A DNA stretch of 64,000 bases from Patescibacteria group bacterium (lineage in GTDB: Bacteria > Patescibacteriota > Minisyncoccia > Phycocordibacterales > PALSA-1337). How positions within the stretch are numbered: the stretch's first letter is position 1; each line of letters opens with the position of its first letter. Below, one piece after another: positions 9,516 through 18,791 of the stretch. The stretch lies in the NCBI GenBank assembly GCA_018971685.1, contig JAGXAG010000001.1:90396-154395 (forward strand). The letters run 5' to 3'. A program made the translations under genes and the position numbers. The notes under the pieces were generated by a model. The model saw only the letters and a list, made by a program, of their open reading frames with translations. It was not told the origin of the DNA and searched no databases.

Positions 9516-10946
9516 ATGAGAAAGGGAATCACAATCTTCTGGTCTGTTTTCATTGCCGCGGCGATATTGCGGTTGGCCTTTTCGTTTTATTTAACGCCGC
9601 CCTTCATAGGATCGTGTCTGAAGCGAGAAATTATCGGCACCGGTATCATAACAACCGAGCCGGAACGGAAAGAGAGCGGCCAAATATTGGTAATCAGTAC
9701 CGACTCGATAAAACCGGCAAGCACTTCAACGGAAAATATTTCTTGCGGCGCCGGTTTTCAGATCCGCGCCAAAGCGAAGCTTTATCCGCTGTATTCATAC
9801 GGCGATCGCGTGGAATTCTCCGGGAAATTGTCGCAGCCGATGAATTTTGGGAGCGGCCGCGGCAGAGCGTTCGATTATCGTGGCTATCTGGCCAAAGATG
9901 ACATATTTTACGAGATTAAAAGCGCCAGTGTTAGAAAAATCTCGAATGGCGGCGGCATGGATTCGATCACGATGTTCGTAACTTCCGCGCTCTATAAGGT
10001 CAAAAGATGGTTTGTCGGCAACCTCGAACGCTCTCTCGGCGAACCGCACGCGGCGCTGGCGGCCGGATTGGTGGTGGGCGAAAAGAGCGCGCTCGGCAAA
10101 GATCTCCTAGCCGATTTTCGGACTGTGGGGCTGATACACATAGTCGTATTGTCAGGTTTCAATATCACTGTGGTCGCCGATGCGCTACGAAGATTGTTGT
10201 CGCGCCTGCCGCGGGTCTGGGGTATATTCGCCGGCGCGTTCGGCATTATTCTCTTTGGCGTGATGGTTGGCGGCGGCGCCACGGTCGTGCGTTCTTGCGC
10301 CATGGCGAGTGTGGCACTTTTCGCCAATCTGATAAGACGCGATTACAATGTGCCGCGCGCTCTGGCGTTCGCGGCGCTCTTGATGCTCATACAAAATCCT
10401 ATGATATTGCTACACGATCCGTCGTTCCAGCTGTCGTTCCTGGCGACGCTCGGTCTCATATTGTTGTCCGGTCCGATCGAAAAACGCATACAATTCTTGC
10501 CGGAAGTGTTCGGCATACGCGGCACGGTTGCGGCCACTTTTGCGACCCAGATTTTCGTTTCGCCCTATATTCTCTATATGATGGGCCAGCTTTCGCTGAT
10601 CGGCGTGGTCGTGAATATTCTGGTCTTGCCGCTCATTCCGCTTACGATGCTTGCGGTATTCTTGACCGGCGCGGCCGGCTTCGTCCTATCGCCACTGGGC
10701 CAATTACTGGGCTGGTTCGCGCACCTTCTGCTCTCCTACGAATTGTTCATGGTCGAATATTTCGCGCGCTTGCCTTTCGCGGCTGTCTTCGTACCGGCGT
10801 TTTCTTTCTGGTGGGTGGTAGGATTTTACACGGTATTCACGATCGCATGGTTATTTACGAGAAGAAGTAATCTTTACTGCTTATCAGTCTCTAATGAGAT
10901 TGACGCTGGCGGCCGAGCCGAATTTTCCGCTCTTAGAGAATCTTGA
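9516..10946 (+). CDS. comEC: DNA internalization competence protein ComEC/Rec2 (channel domain only)
   Basis: Competence domain motif FRTVGLIHIVVLSGFNITVV; polytopic membrane protein. Confidence 0.9.
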   Translation: MRKGITIFWSVFIAAAILRLAFSFYLTPPFIGSCLKREIIGTGIITTEPERKESGQILVISTDSIKPASTSTENISCGAGFQIRAKAKLYPLYSYGDRVEFSGKLSQPMNFGSGRGRAFDYRGYLAKDDIFYEIKSASVRKISNGGGMDSITMFVTSALYKVKRWFVGNLERSLGEPHAALAAGLVVGEKSALGKDLLADFRTVGLIHIVVLSGFNITVVADALRRLLSRLPRVWGIFAGAFGIILFGVMVGGGATVVRSCAMASVALFANLIRRDYNVPRALAFAALLMLIQNPMILLHDPSFQLSFLATLGLILLSGPIEKRIQFLPEVFGIRGTVAATFATQIFVSPYILYMMGQLSLIGVVVNILVLPLIPLTMLAVFLTGAAGFVLSPLGQLLGWFAHLLLSYELFMVEYFARLPFAAVFVPAFSFWWVVGFYTVFTIAWLFTRRSNLYCLSVSNEIDAGGRAEFSALRES

Positions 10947-11043
10947 AATCCTCGAAGCTGTGTCTGTATTATGATCGTTTTTTGCCGCAAGTCAAGGCCG
11001 ATTTGTTCGGCATTTCATTCAAGGCAAAAAATAAGGCGGGCAA

Positions 11044-11643
11044 TTACTGCGAGGCGCGTTTGAAATTTTCCTCGATTACGCTCCAATTCAGATTGGCGAA
11101 GAAATCCTCGATGTATTGCTTCTTGCCCGACGGCTGATAATCGTAGACATACGAATGTTCCCACATGTCCAGCCCGAGAATAATAGCGCAATCGTTCAGC
11201 TGTCCCAGATGCTGTTCGTCAACCCACGAAACCAAGAGGCGATCGTCTTTGCGGTCGTACCAGAGCATAGCCCAGCCGACACCGCGGGTGAGGGCGACCG
11301 ACTTGAATCCTTCGAGCCAGGCATCGAATGTCGCCCAAGTTTCCTCGATCTTTTTTCTGAGCGGACTGTTTTCGGACAGATGTCCGGCGCCTCCTTCCAG
11401 CGAAGAAAAGTAGGCTTCGTGGTTGCGCATACCGTTGTATTCGAAGCTGAAGCGGCGATTGAGCTCGCCCAGAGCATAAGCGTTGCCTTGCGGGTCTTCT
11501 TTGCCGTATTTGCCGATCATTTCCAATGCGCCGTTGGCGTTCTTGACATAGCCTTGGTAGAGCTTCAAGTGTTCCTCGACGCTCTTGGCCGACATACCCT
11601 TTAATCCGGGGATTTTGAAAGTTTTTGCCGTGAATGTTTGCAT
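11044..11643 (-). CDS. sodA: Fe/Mn superoxide dismutase
   Basis: DMWEHSYVYDY metal-binding motif; N-terminal HH..YV; 199 aa. Confidence 0.9.
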   Translation of the reverse strand: MQTFTAKTFKIPGLKGMSAKSVEEHLKLYQGYVKNANGALEMIGKYGKEDPQGNAYALGELNRRFSFEYNGMRNHEAYFSSLEGGAGHLSENSPLRKKIEETWATFDAWLEGFKSVALTRGVGWAMLWYDRKDDRLLVSWVDEQHLGQLNDCAIILGLDMWEHSYVYDYQPSGKKQYIEDFFANLNWSVIEENFKRASQ

Positions 11644-11746
11644 TTAATTTTTATTTATTAGGCGGTTAATGTAATCTTATTACGACATCGCCGCGGTTTA
11701 CGCTGCAAATCCTTGAATATGTAGCGCGGCGGTTTGTTTATTCTCT

Positions 11747-12697
11747 ATGAAAATCATATCAAAACAATTCGCGATTGTCGCCGCCGCGATCTTGATAGCA
11801 TCCGGCGTCGGCGCTTATGCCTGGCGCATGGAACATCGGCCGCATGTTCTGGAAATATACGCGTTTTCGCTTGCGAGCGGCCGTTCGTATTTCATCCGTA
11901 CGCCGAACGACAAGCGCATCTTGGTTGACGGCGGCGCCAGTTCGGAAGTGATCCGCAATATCACGGAAATACTGCCTTTTTATTCGCGGCGCATAGATAT
12001 GATCATTACCACGAATTCCGACAGCAAGAATGTCGGCGGCCTGATAGACGCGCTTGGAAGATACAAAGTCGGCGAAGTGATCATCCCAAAATTCACGGCC
12101 GAATCGCTCGGCTTGGCGAGCTCGTCGGATCAGATCTATTCGACTTTTATCGATGCCGTGAATGAATCCGGAGCTCTTGTTAAGGAAGTCTCGGCCGGCG
12201 ATCTGGTTGTTTTTGACGGCGGAAATGTCGGAGATATTACCGCCGGTTATGATATTGACACCGGCAGCGATAAAGACGATCAAGCGATTGCGAGCATTCT
12301 GTTTCCCGTAAGTCCCGACTTGTTCCAGTATTCGAAAACGAGCGCGCCGGAAATAATCATGCGTTTAACTTACGGTAAAAATTCATTCTTTTTCTTGAAT
12401 GACGCTACGGTGAAAATACAAAAAGCGGTTGCTTTCCAAGGTCGGGCCTTGGAAAAAACGAATGTCCTGATCGTGTCTACAAGCGCTTTGCCGGCGAACC
12501 TGGCGGATGAGCTAACCGGCGTGATCAGGCCGGACTATCTGGTCTATTCGAAGAATACAAATGCCAGATCATCGGCATCGGCAAAAAACAAGACCACGGA
12601 TCCGCTCTACTATCTGCTGGATTCCAAAAGATTCAATATAAAAGAAAAGGGAATCGTGCGGATAATTTCCAACGGTTCGGAAGTGTCGATCGAGTGA
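11747..12697 (+). CDS. Membrane-anchored ComEC-type MBL-fold domain protein with a degenerate metal-binding motif
   Basis: Matches the ComEC C-terminal lactamase-like pattern (RILVDGGA...IDMIITTNSDSKNVGG) but TNSDSK replaces THxHxDH; N-terminal TM helix. Confidence 0.5.
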   Translation: MKIISKQFAIVAAAILIASGVGAYAWRMEHRPHVLEIYAFSLASGRSYFIRTPNDKRILVDGGASSEVIRNITEILPFYSRRIDMIITTNSDSKNVGGLIDALGRYKVGEVIIPKFTAESLGLASSSDQIYSTFIDAVNESGALVKEVSAGDLVVFDGGNVGDITAGYDIDTGSDKDDQAIASILFPVSPDLFQYSKTSAPEIIMRLTYGKNSFFFLNDATVKIQKAVAFQGRALEKTNVLIVSTSALPANLADELTGVIRPDYLVYSKNTNARSSASAKNKTTDPLYYLLDSKRFNIKEKGIVRIISNGSEVSIE

Positions 12698-12700
12698 TCG

Positions 12701-12943
12701 TCAAATAATGCCGGCGTCTCTCAGGGCGCGAAACGCACCTTTCTTTTCTATAGTGCGTAATCCTCTGGTGGAAGTGGTTATGACAACGGTCTTCTTCAAT
12801 TCGGGCACGAATACGCGTTTTTTCTGCAGATTGGGGTAACGGCGTACTTTGCCGCAAGGGTTGAATTGGGTGGCGCGGGTGCGGTTGGAATATCGTCCGC
12901 CGGTTTTCGAGCCGCGTTTGGTTATTTGGCAGATTTTGGCCAT
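12701..12943 (-). CDS. rpmB: 50S ribosomal protein L28
   Basis: MAKICQITKRG...RVFVPEL pattern typical of L28. Confidence 0.85.
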   Translation of the reverse strand: MAKICQITKRGSKTGGRYSNRTRATQFNPCGKVRRYPNLQKKRVFVPELKKTVVITTSTRGLRTIEKKGAFRALRDAGII

Positions 12944-13197
12944 GAAAGTTTATAAACAGTATGCTAGCATAAAGAAAGTGTTTTGGAAAGCACGACATTG
13001 TTTTTTGCGAATCTGCGGAACTCGCTTCCTAAATTTCTAGGCAAAAGCTCGCGGGATTGCTCGGCGCTCCGCATACGCTTTGCGCCGTAGCAATTCCGGC
13101 GAGAGCTCGCTTTTGCCAAGAAATTTATGGTCGCTCAGACAGGTCCTCGATTCGCAAAAAACGATGTCGTGCTTTCCAAAACGCTTTCTTTAACGCC

Positions 13198-13806
13198 ATG
13201 TTTACCATCATTTCAATCGTAATATTAATAATGTCCGTGATTATTCATGAACTGGCGCATGGATTCACGGCGAACGCGCTTGGCGATCCGACGGCGCGGC
13301 TTTCGGGCAGGCTGACTTTGAATCCGATAGCGCATATCGATCCGGTAGGGTCAATACTGGTGCCGCTGGTGACTTCGCTTTTCGGTTTTACTTTCGGCTG
13401 GGCGAAACCGGTGCCGTACAATCCGTACAACATCAAGAATAAGAGAACCGGCGAATTTCTGATCGCGGCGGCGGGACCGGCTTCGAATTTGTTGATCGCG
13501 ATTATCTTCGGCACTTTCATCCGTTTTGCGACCGCCGGCGCTACGACGATCACGCCTTTCATCGAGATTTCATCCTACATTGTTGTCATCAACATTATTC
13601 TGGCGATTTTCAATCTCATTCCTCTGCCGCCATTGGACGGTTCGAAACTTCTCTTTGCCATCCTTCCGAACCAATACGGCCGCACCCGCATGGTCCTCGA
13701 AGCCTATGCGCCGGTCTTCGTGCTCATTGTTGTCTTTTTCTTGTGGCAAATCGTGGCACCGGTTATTCCGGTCTTATTCAGGTTGTTAACGGGCATAGGG
13801 TTTTGA
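13198..13806 (+). CDS. Site-2 protease family (peptidase M50) membrane metalloprotease
   Basis: HELAHG HExxH motif in a TM helix, multiple TM segments, LDGSKLL; start taken at the internal MFTIISI because the upstream part of the ORF is non-coding-like. Confidence 0.8.
   Translation: MFTIISIVILIMSVIIHELAHGFTANALGDPTARLSGRLTLNPIAHIDPVGSILVPLVTSLFGFTFGWAKPVPYNPYNIKNKRTGEFLIAAAGPASNLLIAIIFGTFIRFATAGATTITPFIEISSYIVVINIILAIFNLIPLPPLDGSKLLFAILPNQYGRTRMVLEAYAPVFVLIVVFFLWQIVAPVIPVLFRLLTGIGF
13709..13795. repeat. Direct repeat copy 1 (3' end of the M50 gene)
   Basis: gccggtcttcgtgctcattgt...ggcaccggttattccg repeated at 14918-15003 at roughly 90% identity. Confidence 0.85.
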
Positions 13807-13875
13807 GCGATAATATAGCCATGGATGATGTCTTTGATGCCCAAGAATGGGACAGAGAGGTAGAGGATCCTTATC

Positions 13876-14085
13876 GTGCCCGATAACGATTATGAAGATT
13901 CGGAGCCGGACCGGATAGTATTGAAGTCAATGGCTAAGCTCATTAGTAATAATTATCCACAAGTGCCGAAAGAGAGTATCATAGGCCATTGCGAAGTGAA
14001 CAAGAATACGACATGTCCGGGAGAACGATTTTTACCGAGCTTAACCGATAAAGGGTGGAAGGAAAAATTACTGTCTCTCATTTGA
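13876..14085 (+). pseudogene. C-terminal remnant of an N-acetylmuramoyl-L-alanine amidase (Amidase_2/PGRP)
   Basis: IIGHCEV...TTCPGERF matches the Amidase_2 C-terminus; only about 69 aa are present, with no upstream domain. Confidence 0.55.
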
Positions 14086-14225
14086 ATACGATTATATGTC
14101 AATCTCCAAACTGAAGAACTACGCAATTTATTCCTCGATCTATTGACCTGATCGCGTGGGGTACGCCGGTTTTCCGGTGCACCATTTATGTTTGTCAAAA
14201 TGTCGTCGCGTGGTATCATTGCGTT

Positions 14226-14612
14226 ATGGATGAAGTCGTAAAATATTGGCTGGAAACGGCCGCTCATGATTATGAGACCATGGAAGCATTGCTAAAGACG
14301 GCCAGATATTCCGACGCCTTATTTTTCGGCCATATCATTCTGGAGAAGGCTTTTAAAGCTCTGATAGTTAAAAGGACAAAAGAACACGCGCCGTATGTGC
14401 ACAACCTATTGCAATTACAAGCTATTTCCGGCATACCGTTGAACGAGGACGACCTCAACTTGTTGGTCGAAGTGAACGATTTTAACATCCGGGCCAGATA
14501 TCCGGAGCAGAAATTGGCGTTTTACAAACAAGCCACCGAGGAATTCACGGGTGGATACATGACGCGAATCACGAATCTGTACAAAAAGCTATGTCAAACG
14601 GTGAAATCGTAA
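14226..14612 (+). CDS. HEPN domain protein (toxin component of a HEPN/MNT pair)
   Basis: HEPN-like helical protein with an R(X)4-6H-like IRARYPEQ region; overlaps the downstream MNT gene. Confidence 0.65.
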   Translation: MDEVVKYWLETAAHDYETMEALLKTARYSDALFFGHIILEKAFKALIVKRTKEHAPYVHNLLQLQAISGIPLNEDDLNLLVEVNDFNIRARYPEQKLAFYKQATEEFTGGYMTRITNLYKKLCQTVKS

Positions 14613-14905
14613 ACATTGTGAAGAAATACGGAGAAGGCCTGAGGAAAAACGGCATCGATTTCCAGGCGCTCTACCTTTTCGGTTCTTACGCCAAAGGGAA
14701 CAATAAAGATTGGAGCGACATAGATGTGGCGGTAGTGTCGGATTATCTTGACGATAAATACGATGAAGGCAGGTTTCTCCTCTGGAAGCTGACTCGCGCC
14801 GTGGATCTGCGTATAGAGCCGCACGGGTTCGCGCTTTCCGCATGGAACGATCCCAATAACCCGATGGCCCATGAGATAAAGAGCACTGGATTGAAAGTGG
14901 CATAG
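14591..14905 (+). CDS. Minimal nucleotidyltransferase (MNT) partner of the HEPN protein
   Basis: LFGSYAKG...SDIDVAV nucleotidyltransferase motif (GS...DxD). Confidence 0.75.
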   Translation: MSNGEIVNIVKKYGEGLRKNGIDFQALYLFGSYAKGNNKDWSDIDVAVVSDYLDDKYDEGRFLLWKLTRAVDLRIEPHGFALSAWNDPNNPMAHEIKSTGLKVA

Positions 14906-14917
14906 TATCAATCCAAA

Positions 14918-15003
14918 AAAGATCATTCGCCGGTCTTCGTGCTCATTGTCGTTTTCTTCTTGTGGCAGATCGTGGCACCGGTTATTCCGTTCGTTTTCAG
15001 GCT
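14918..15003. repeat. Direct repeat copy 2 (duplicate of the M50 3' end)
   Basis: Encodes PVFVLIVVFFLWQIVAPVIPFVFRLFTGTSF*, against the M50 C-terminus ...PVIPVLFRLLTGIGF*. Confidence 0.85.
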
Positions 15004-15086
15004 GTTTACCGGAACCAGTTTCTAATTTCCTTGACTTTTTGATGTTGAAGGCTATATTTAAGCCGAACCCTCAACAAAGGAGCTCG

Positions 15087-15440
15087 ATGAAAAAGAATCT
15101 TGTCGGAGTTGCGGCTGCCGGTACTTTGGTGGCACTGTTTGTCGCGATTTACAACGGTTGGTTTATCATGTCGCTTATATGCGTCACCTTTCAGGTCTCG
15201 TTGTTAATTGCGAAGAGAATGAATGACAACGAACTGCGTTATCGGTCACTCAGACGAGTTAACTCAGCGTACAGAGATCTTTTATCGTTACCAATGAATA
15301 CGGCTTACGATGAAAGGAGAAGACATATTGGCGTGTTTATGGATGAGGTAAGCAATCATCTCGCAAGATGGCCGGATGAAAAACGGTGTGGTTTTGAGAG
15401 GTGCAGATATCTTTTTTGTGAGATGGTGAATGACTGGTGA
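15087..15440 (+). CDS. Hypothetical small membrane protein
   Basis: AAGGAG RBS 6 nt upstream of the ATG; N-terminal TM helix; no recognisable domain; the upstream part of the listed ORF is a frame artefact of the duplicated M50 end. Confidence 0.35.
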   Translation: MKKNLVGVAAAGTLVALFVAIYNGWFIMSLICVTFQVSLLIAKRMNDNELRYRSLRRVNSAYRDLLSLPMNTAYDERRRHIGVFMDEVSNHLARWPDEKRCGFERCRYLFCEMVNDW

Positions 15441-15618
15441 TTTTCGAATCGCAACAGTAAGGCACGGTCTGAATCCGTCGCCTTGCTTTTTTTATTTGAA
15501 ATTGTTAGTGTATCACCACTGCTCCATAAGAGCACTTTATCAGGGCAAGAATGAGTAATCGCGGCACGCAAAACATTCAGGGACTAACGGGGCGGGCGGC
15601 GGTGAAAAAATTCAGACT

Positions 15619-16038
15619 ATGCCGACAATAAACCAACTTACGAAAAGAAACAGAAAGCGTTTCAGCCGGAAGTCAAAATCGGTCGCTTTGACGCGCACAT
15701 TCAATTCCATACAGAACCGCCCCGTTTTCTTCCCGGCGCCATTCAAGAGAGGCGTATGCGTGAAAGTCACCACCAAGACGCCGAAAAAGCCGAACTCTGC
15801 CATCAGAAAGATCGCCCGCGTGCGCTTGACCAACGGCATGGAAGTGACCGCGTATGTTCCTGGAATGGGACACAACTTGCAAGAACACGCCGTGGTTTTA
15901 TTGCGCGGCGGCCGCGTCAAAGATGTCGGCTTGCGTTATTCGATCGTACGCGGCGTGTTGGACTGCGCCGGCGTGGAAGCGAGGAGAAAGGGTAGGAGTC
16001 AGTATGGCAATAAGAGGCCGAAAGCGGCTAAGGCATAG
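15619..16038 (+). CDS. rpsL: 30S ribosomal protein S12
   Basis: MPTINQL...PKKPNSA(I)RK...VRGG conserved S12 motifs. Confidence 0.95.
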   Translation: MPTINQLTKRNRKRFSRKSKSVALTRTFNSIQNRPVFFPAPFKRGVCVKVTTKTPKKPNSAIRKIARVRLTNGMEVTAYVPGMGHNLQEHAVVLLRGGRVKDVGLRYSIVRGVLDCAGVEARRKGRSQYGNKRPKAAKA

Positions 16039-16074
16039 TTGTTATCTTTTCGCGGGAACGGCACAGATAAAAGC

Positions 16075-16545
16075 ATGAGACGCAAAATAAACATCAAAAG
16101 AGAAATCAGCCCCGACGCGGCCTATGACTCCGTGAAGCTTTCGAAGTTCACCAATTACATCATGGAATCCGGCAAAAAGACGATCGCCAGAAGCATCGTG
16201 CGAGACTGCATGGAGCAGATCAAAGAACAAGCCAAAGTCGAGAACCCGATCGAAATCTTTGAAGCCGCCTTGCGCAATACGGCGCCGATGATGGAAGTGC
16301 GCTCCAGGCGCGTCGGCGGTGCGAATTATCAAGTGCCGCGCGAAGTCAGGCCAGAAAGGAGGCAGGCGCTCTCGATGAAATGGATCATCGAAGCCGCGCG
16401 AGGCAAAAAGGGCAAGCCGATCTCGATCAAATTGGCCGATGAAATCATCGCCGCTTCGAAAAATGAAGGCGAAGCGGTCAAAAAGCGCGAGAATGTCCAC
16501 AAGATGGCTGAAGCGAACAAGGCTTTTGCACACTTCGCATGGTAG
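16075..16545 (+). CDS. rpsG: 30S ribosomal protein S7
   Basis: S7 signature ...DSVKLSKF.N.IM..GKK..A..IV; start taken at MRRKINIK. Confidence 0.95.
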   Translation: MRRKINIKREISPDAAYDSVKLSKFTNYIMESGKKTIARSIVRDCMEQIKEQAKVENPIEIFEAALRNTAPMMEVRSRRVGGANYQVPREVRPERRQALSMKWIIEAARGKKGKPISIKLADEIIAASKNEGEAVKKRENVHKMAEANKAFAHFAW

Positions 16546-16613
16546 CATGTTATAATTCGTTCAAGGCTGACGCTTTGCAAGCGTTTTAATTTTTAAGAAA
16601 TTTTAAAATTACA

Positions 16614-18779
16614 ATGAACCGAGACTACCCGTTAGAAAAAGTACGCAATTTCGGAATCATCGCCCATATCGACGCCGGCAAAACTACTACCAGCGAGCGC
16701 ATCTTGTATTACACCGGCATGACGCACAAAATCGGCGAAGTGCACGAAGGCGATACTGTCACCGATTGGATGGAACAGGAACGGGAGCGCGGCATTACCA
16801 TCACTGCCGCCGCCGTGACCTGTTTCTGGAACCCGACTTACATGGCCGGAGCCAAAAACGCCGACGGCGCGCCCGATGTTTCCAAGAAAGTGCGCTTCAA
16901 TATAATCGATACGCCCGGGCACATCGATTTTACCGTAGAGGTCAAAAGATCCCTGCGCGTGCTCGATGGCGCCGTAGTCGTATTTGACGGCGTCGCCGGC
17001 GTCGAACCGCAATCTGAGACGAATTGGCGCTATGCCGACGAAGGCAATGTGCCGCGCCTTTGTTTCATCAATAAGATGGATCGCATGGGAGCATCTTTCG
17101 AATTCTCGTACAAGTCCATTCTCGAAAGATTGAGCAAGAAAGCCGTGCGCTTTCAGATACCCATCGGTTTGGAAGGCGATCACGCCGGAGTCATCGATCT
17201 TATGAAGATGAAAGCTTATTACTTCGAAGGCGAAATGGGCAGTCAAGTCGTCGAGAAGGATATCCCTGCGGAATTGGCCGAAGATGCCAAGAAGTATCGC
17301 GCGGAAATGATCGAAAAGATCGTCGAACACGACGATGCCGCCATGAATGCTTATCTCGAAGGCAAAGAGCCGGCAACGGAAGAGCTCAAGAAGATAACCC
17401 GCAAGGCGGTCATTGAAAACAAAATGTTTCCGGTTTTTACCGGTTCGGCCCTGAAAAACATCGGCGTACAGCTGGTTTTGGACGCGGTCGTCGATTATTT
17501 GCCGTCGCCGTTGGACATTCCTCCGGTTGAAGGCATCAATCCCAACACCGGCGAAGAAGTCGTCCGCCATGCTTCCGACAGCGAACCATTCTGCGCGCTG
17601 GCTTTCAAATTGCAGAACGATCCGTTTGTCGGCGCGCTGACTTTCTTCCGTGTTTATTCCGGGACGATCGAAGCGGGCACCTACATATACAATGCGCGCA
17701 CCGGCAAGAAAGAACGCCTCGGCCGCATTGTCCGACTGCAGGCCGACAAGCGCGAAGAAGTCGCCAAGGTTTTTGCCGGCGAAATTGCGGCGGCGGTGGG
17801 CCTGAAAGACGCGCGCACTTCCGATACTTTTTGCGATGAGAACAACCCGATTACTTTGGAAGCGATCAAATTTATGGACCCGGTCGTTTCGCTTAGGATC
17901 GAGCCCAAGACCAAGGCGGACCAAGAAAAAATGGGCATGGCACTGCGCAAATTGACGATCGAAGATCCGACTTTCCATGTCTCTTCCAACCCTGAAACCG
18001 GTGAAACGATCATTGCCGGCGTGGGCGAGCTTCAGCTAGAGATCATGGTCGATCGTATGAAGCGTGAGTTTGGCGTGGAGGCGAATACCGGCGAACCGCA
18101 AGTGGCTTATCGCGAAACCATCCTGGGCACCGCCGAAGCGGAAAACAAATACATCAAGCAAACCGGCGGCAAGGGCCAGTACGGCCATGTGCGCATCACT
18201 CTGAAACATATGGAACTGTGGCCGGAAGGCGAAAAGATGCCCAAGAACATAAAGCGGTACGACGATTTCGAATTTATAAACTCCATCAAAGGCGGCGTTA
18301 TCCCGAACGAATTCATTCCGGCCGTGGAAAAAGGCGTGCACGAAGCTATGGATCGCGGCATTGTCGCCGGCTACCCGATGGTAAATGTTTCTTGCGAGCT
18401 GACTTTCGGCTCGTATCACGATGTCGATTCGTCCGAGATCGCCTATAAGATAGCGGCCTCGCAAGCTTTCCAGGACGCGGCCAAACGCGCCAAGCCGGTT
18501 ATCTTGGAGCCGATCATGAAGCTTGAAGTGGTTTGTCCGGAAAAATACATCGGCGATGTCAATGGTTCGATCGCTTCCAAGCGCGGCATGATCGAAGGCC
18601 AGAATCCAAAAGGCCAGAACATATCGATCATCGCAAAAGTGCCGCTGGCCGAAATGTTCGGCTACACTACGCAGTTGCGCTCGATGACCTCCGGCCAAGG
18701 CAGTGCCATGATGGAATTCGACCATTACGAGGTGGTGCCGGCGAATGTGGCCGAGGAGATCAAGGAGAAGAGGAAATAA
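16614..18779 (+). CDS. fusA: Elongation factor G
   Basis: [23 protein letters not shown]-domain; domains II-V; 721 aa. Confidence 0.97.
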   Translation: MNRDYPLEKVRNFGIIAHIDAGKTTTSERILYYTGMTHKIGEVHEGDTVTDWMEQERERGITITAAAVTCFWNPTYMAGAKNADGAPDVSKKVRFNIIDTPGHIDFTVEVKRSLRVLDGAVVVFDGVAGVEPQSETNWRYADEGNVPRLCFINKMDRMGASFEFSYKSILERLSKKAVRFQIPIGLEGDHAGVIDLMKMKAYYFEGEMGSQVVEKDIPAELAEDAKKYRAEMIEKIVEHDDAAMNAYLEGKEPATEELKKITRKAVIENKMFPVFTGSALKNIGVQLVLDAVVDYLPSPLDIPPVEGINPNTGEEVVRHASDSEPFCALAFKLQNDPFVGALTFFRVYSGTIEAGTYIYNARTGKKERLGRIVRLQADKREEVAKVFAGEIAAAVGLKDARTSDTFCDENNPITLEAIKFMDPVVSLRIEPKTKADQEKMGMALRKLTIEDPTFHVSSNPETGETIIAGVGELQLEIMVDRMKREFGVEANTGEPQVAYRETILGTAEAENKYIKQTGGKGQYGHVRITLKHMELWPEGEKMPKNIKRYDDFEFINSIKGGVIPNEFIPAVEKGVHEAMDRGIVAGYPMVNVSCELTFGSYHDVDSSEIAYKIAASQAFQDAAKRAKPVILEPIMKLEVVCPEKYIGDVNGSIASKRGMIEGQNPKGQNISIIAKVPLAEMFGYTTQLRSMTSGQGSAMMEFDHYEVVPANVAEEIKEKRK

Positions 18780-18791
18780 GCCGGTAAAATT

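Noticed and set aside
14946-15086. N-terminal 47 aa of ORF 14946-15440 (MSFSSCGRSWHRLFRSFSGC…)
   Set aside because: It is an out-of-frame read of the duplicated M50 3' end. The same artefactual peptide appears at 13526-13789. The gene probably starts at 15087 after an AAGGAG RBS.
16632-17978. 448-aa minus-strand ORF inside fusA. Similar long antisense ORFs occur inside tuf (24033-25100), tpiA (4437-5165), macA (31871-32713), the S19/L22 region (43641-44333), L16 (45023-45754), L5 (46624-47103), adk/map (56791-57573) and the helicase (47471-48505).
   Set aside because: They fully overlap well-supported, conserved genes on the other strand, are Arg/His-rich with low complexity, and have no motifs. 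These are typical shadow ORFs of mid/high-GC coding sequence.
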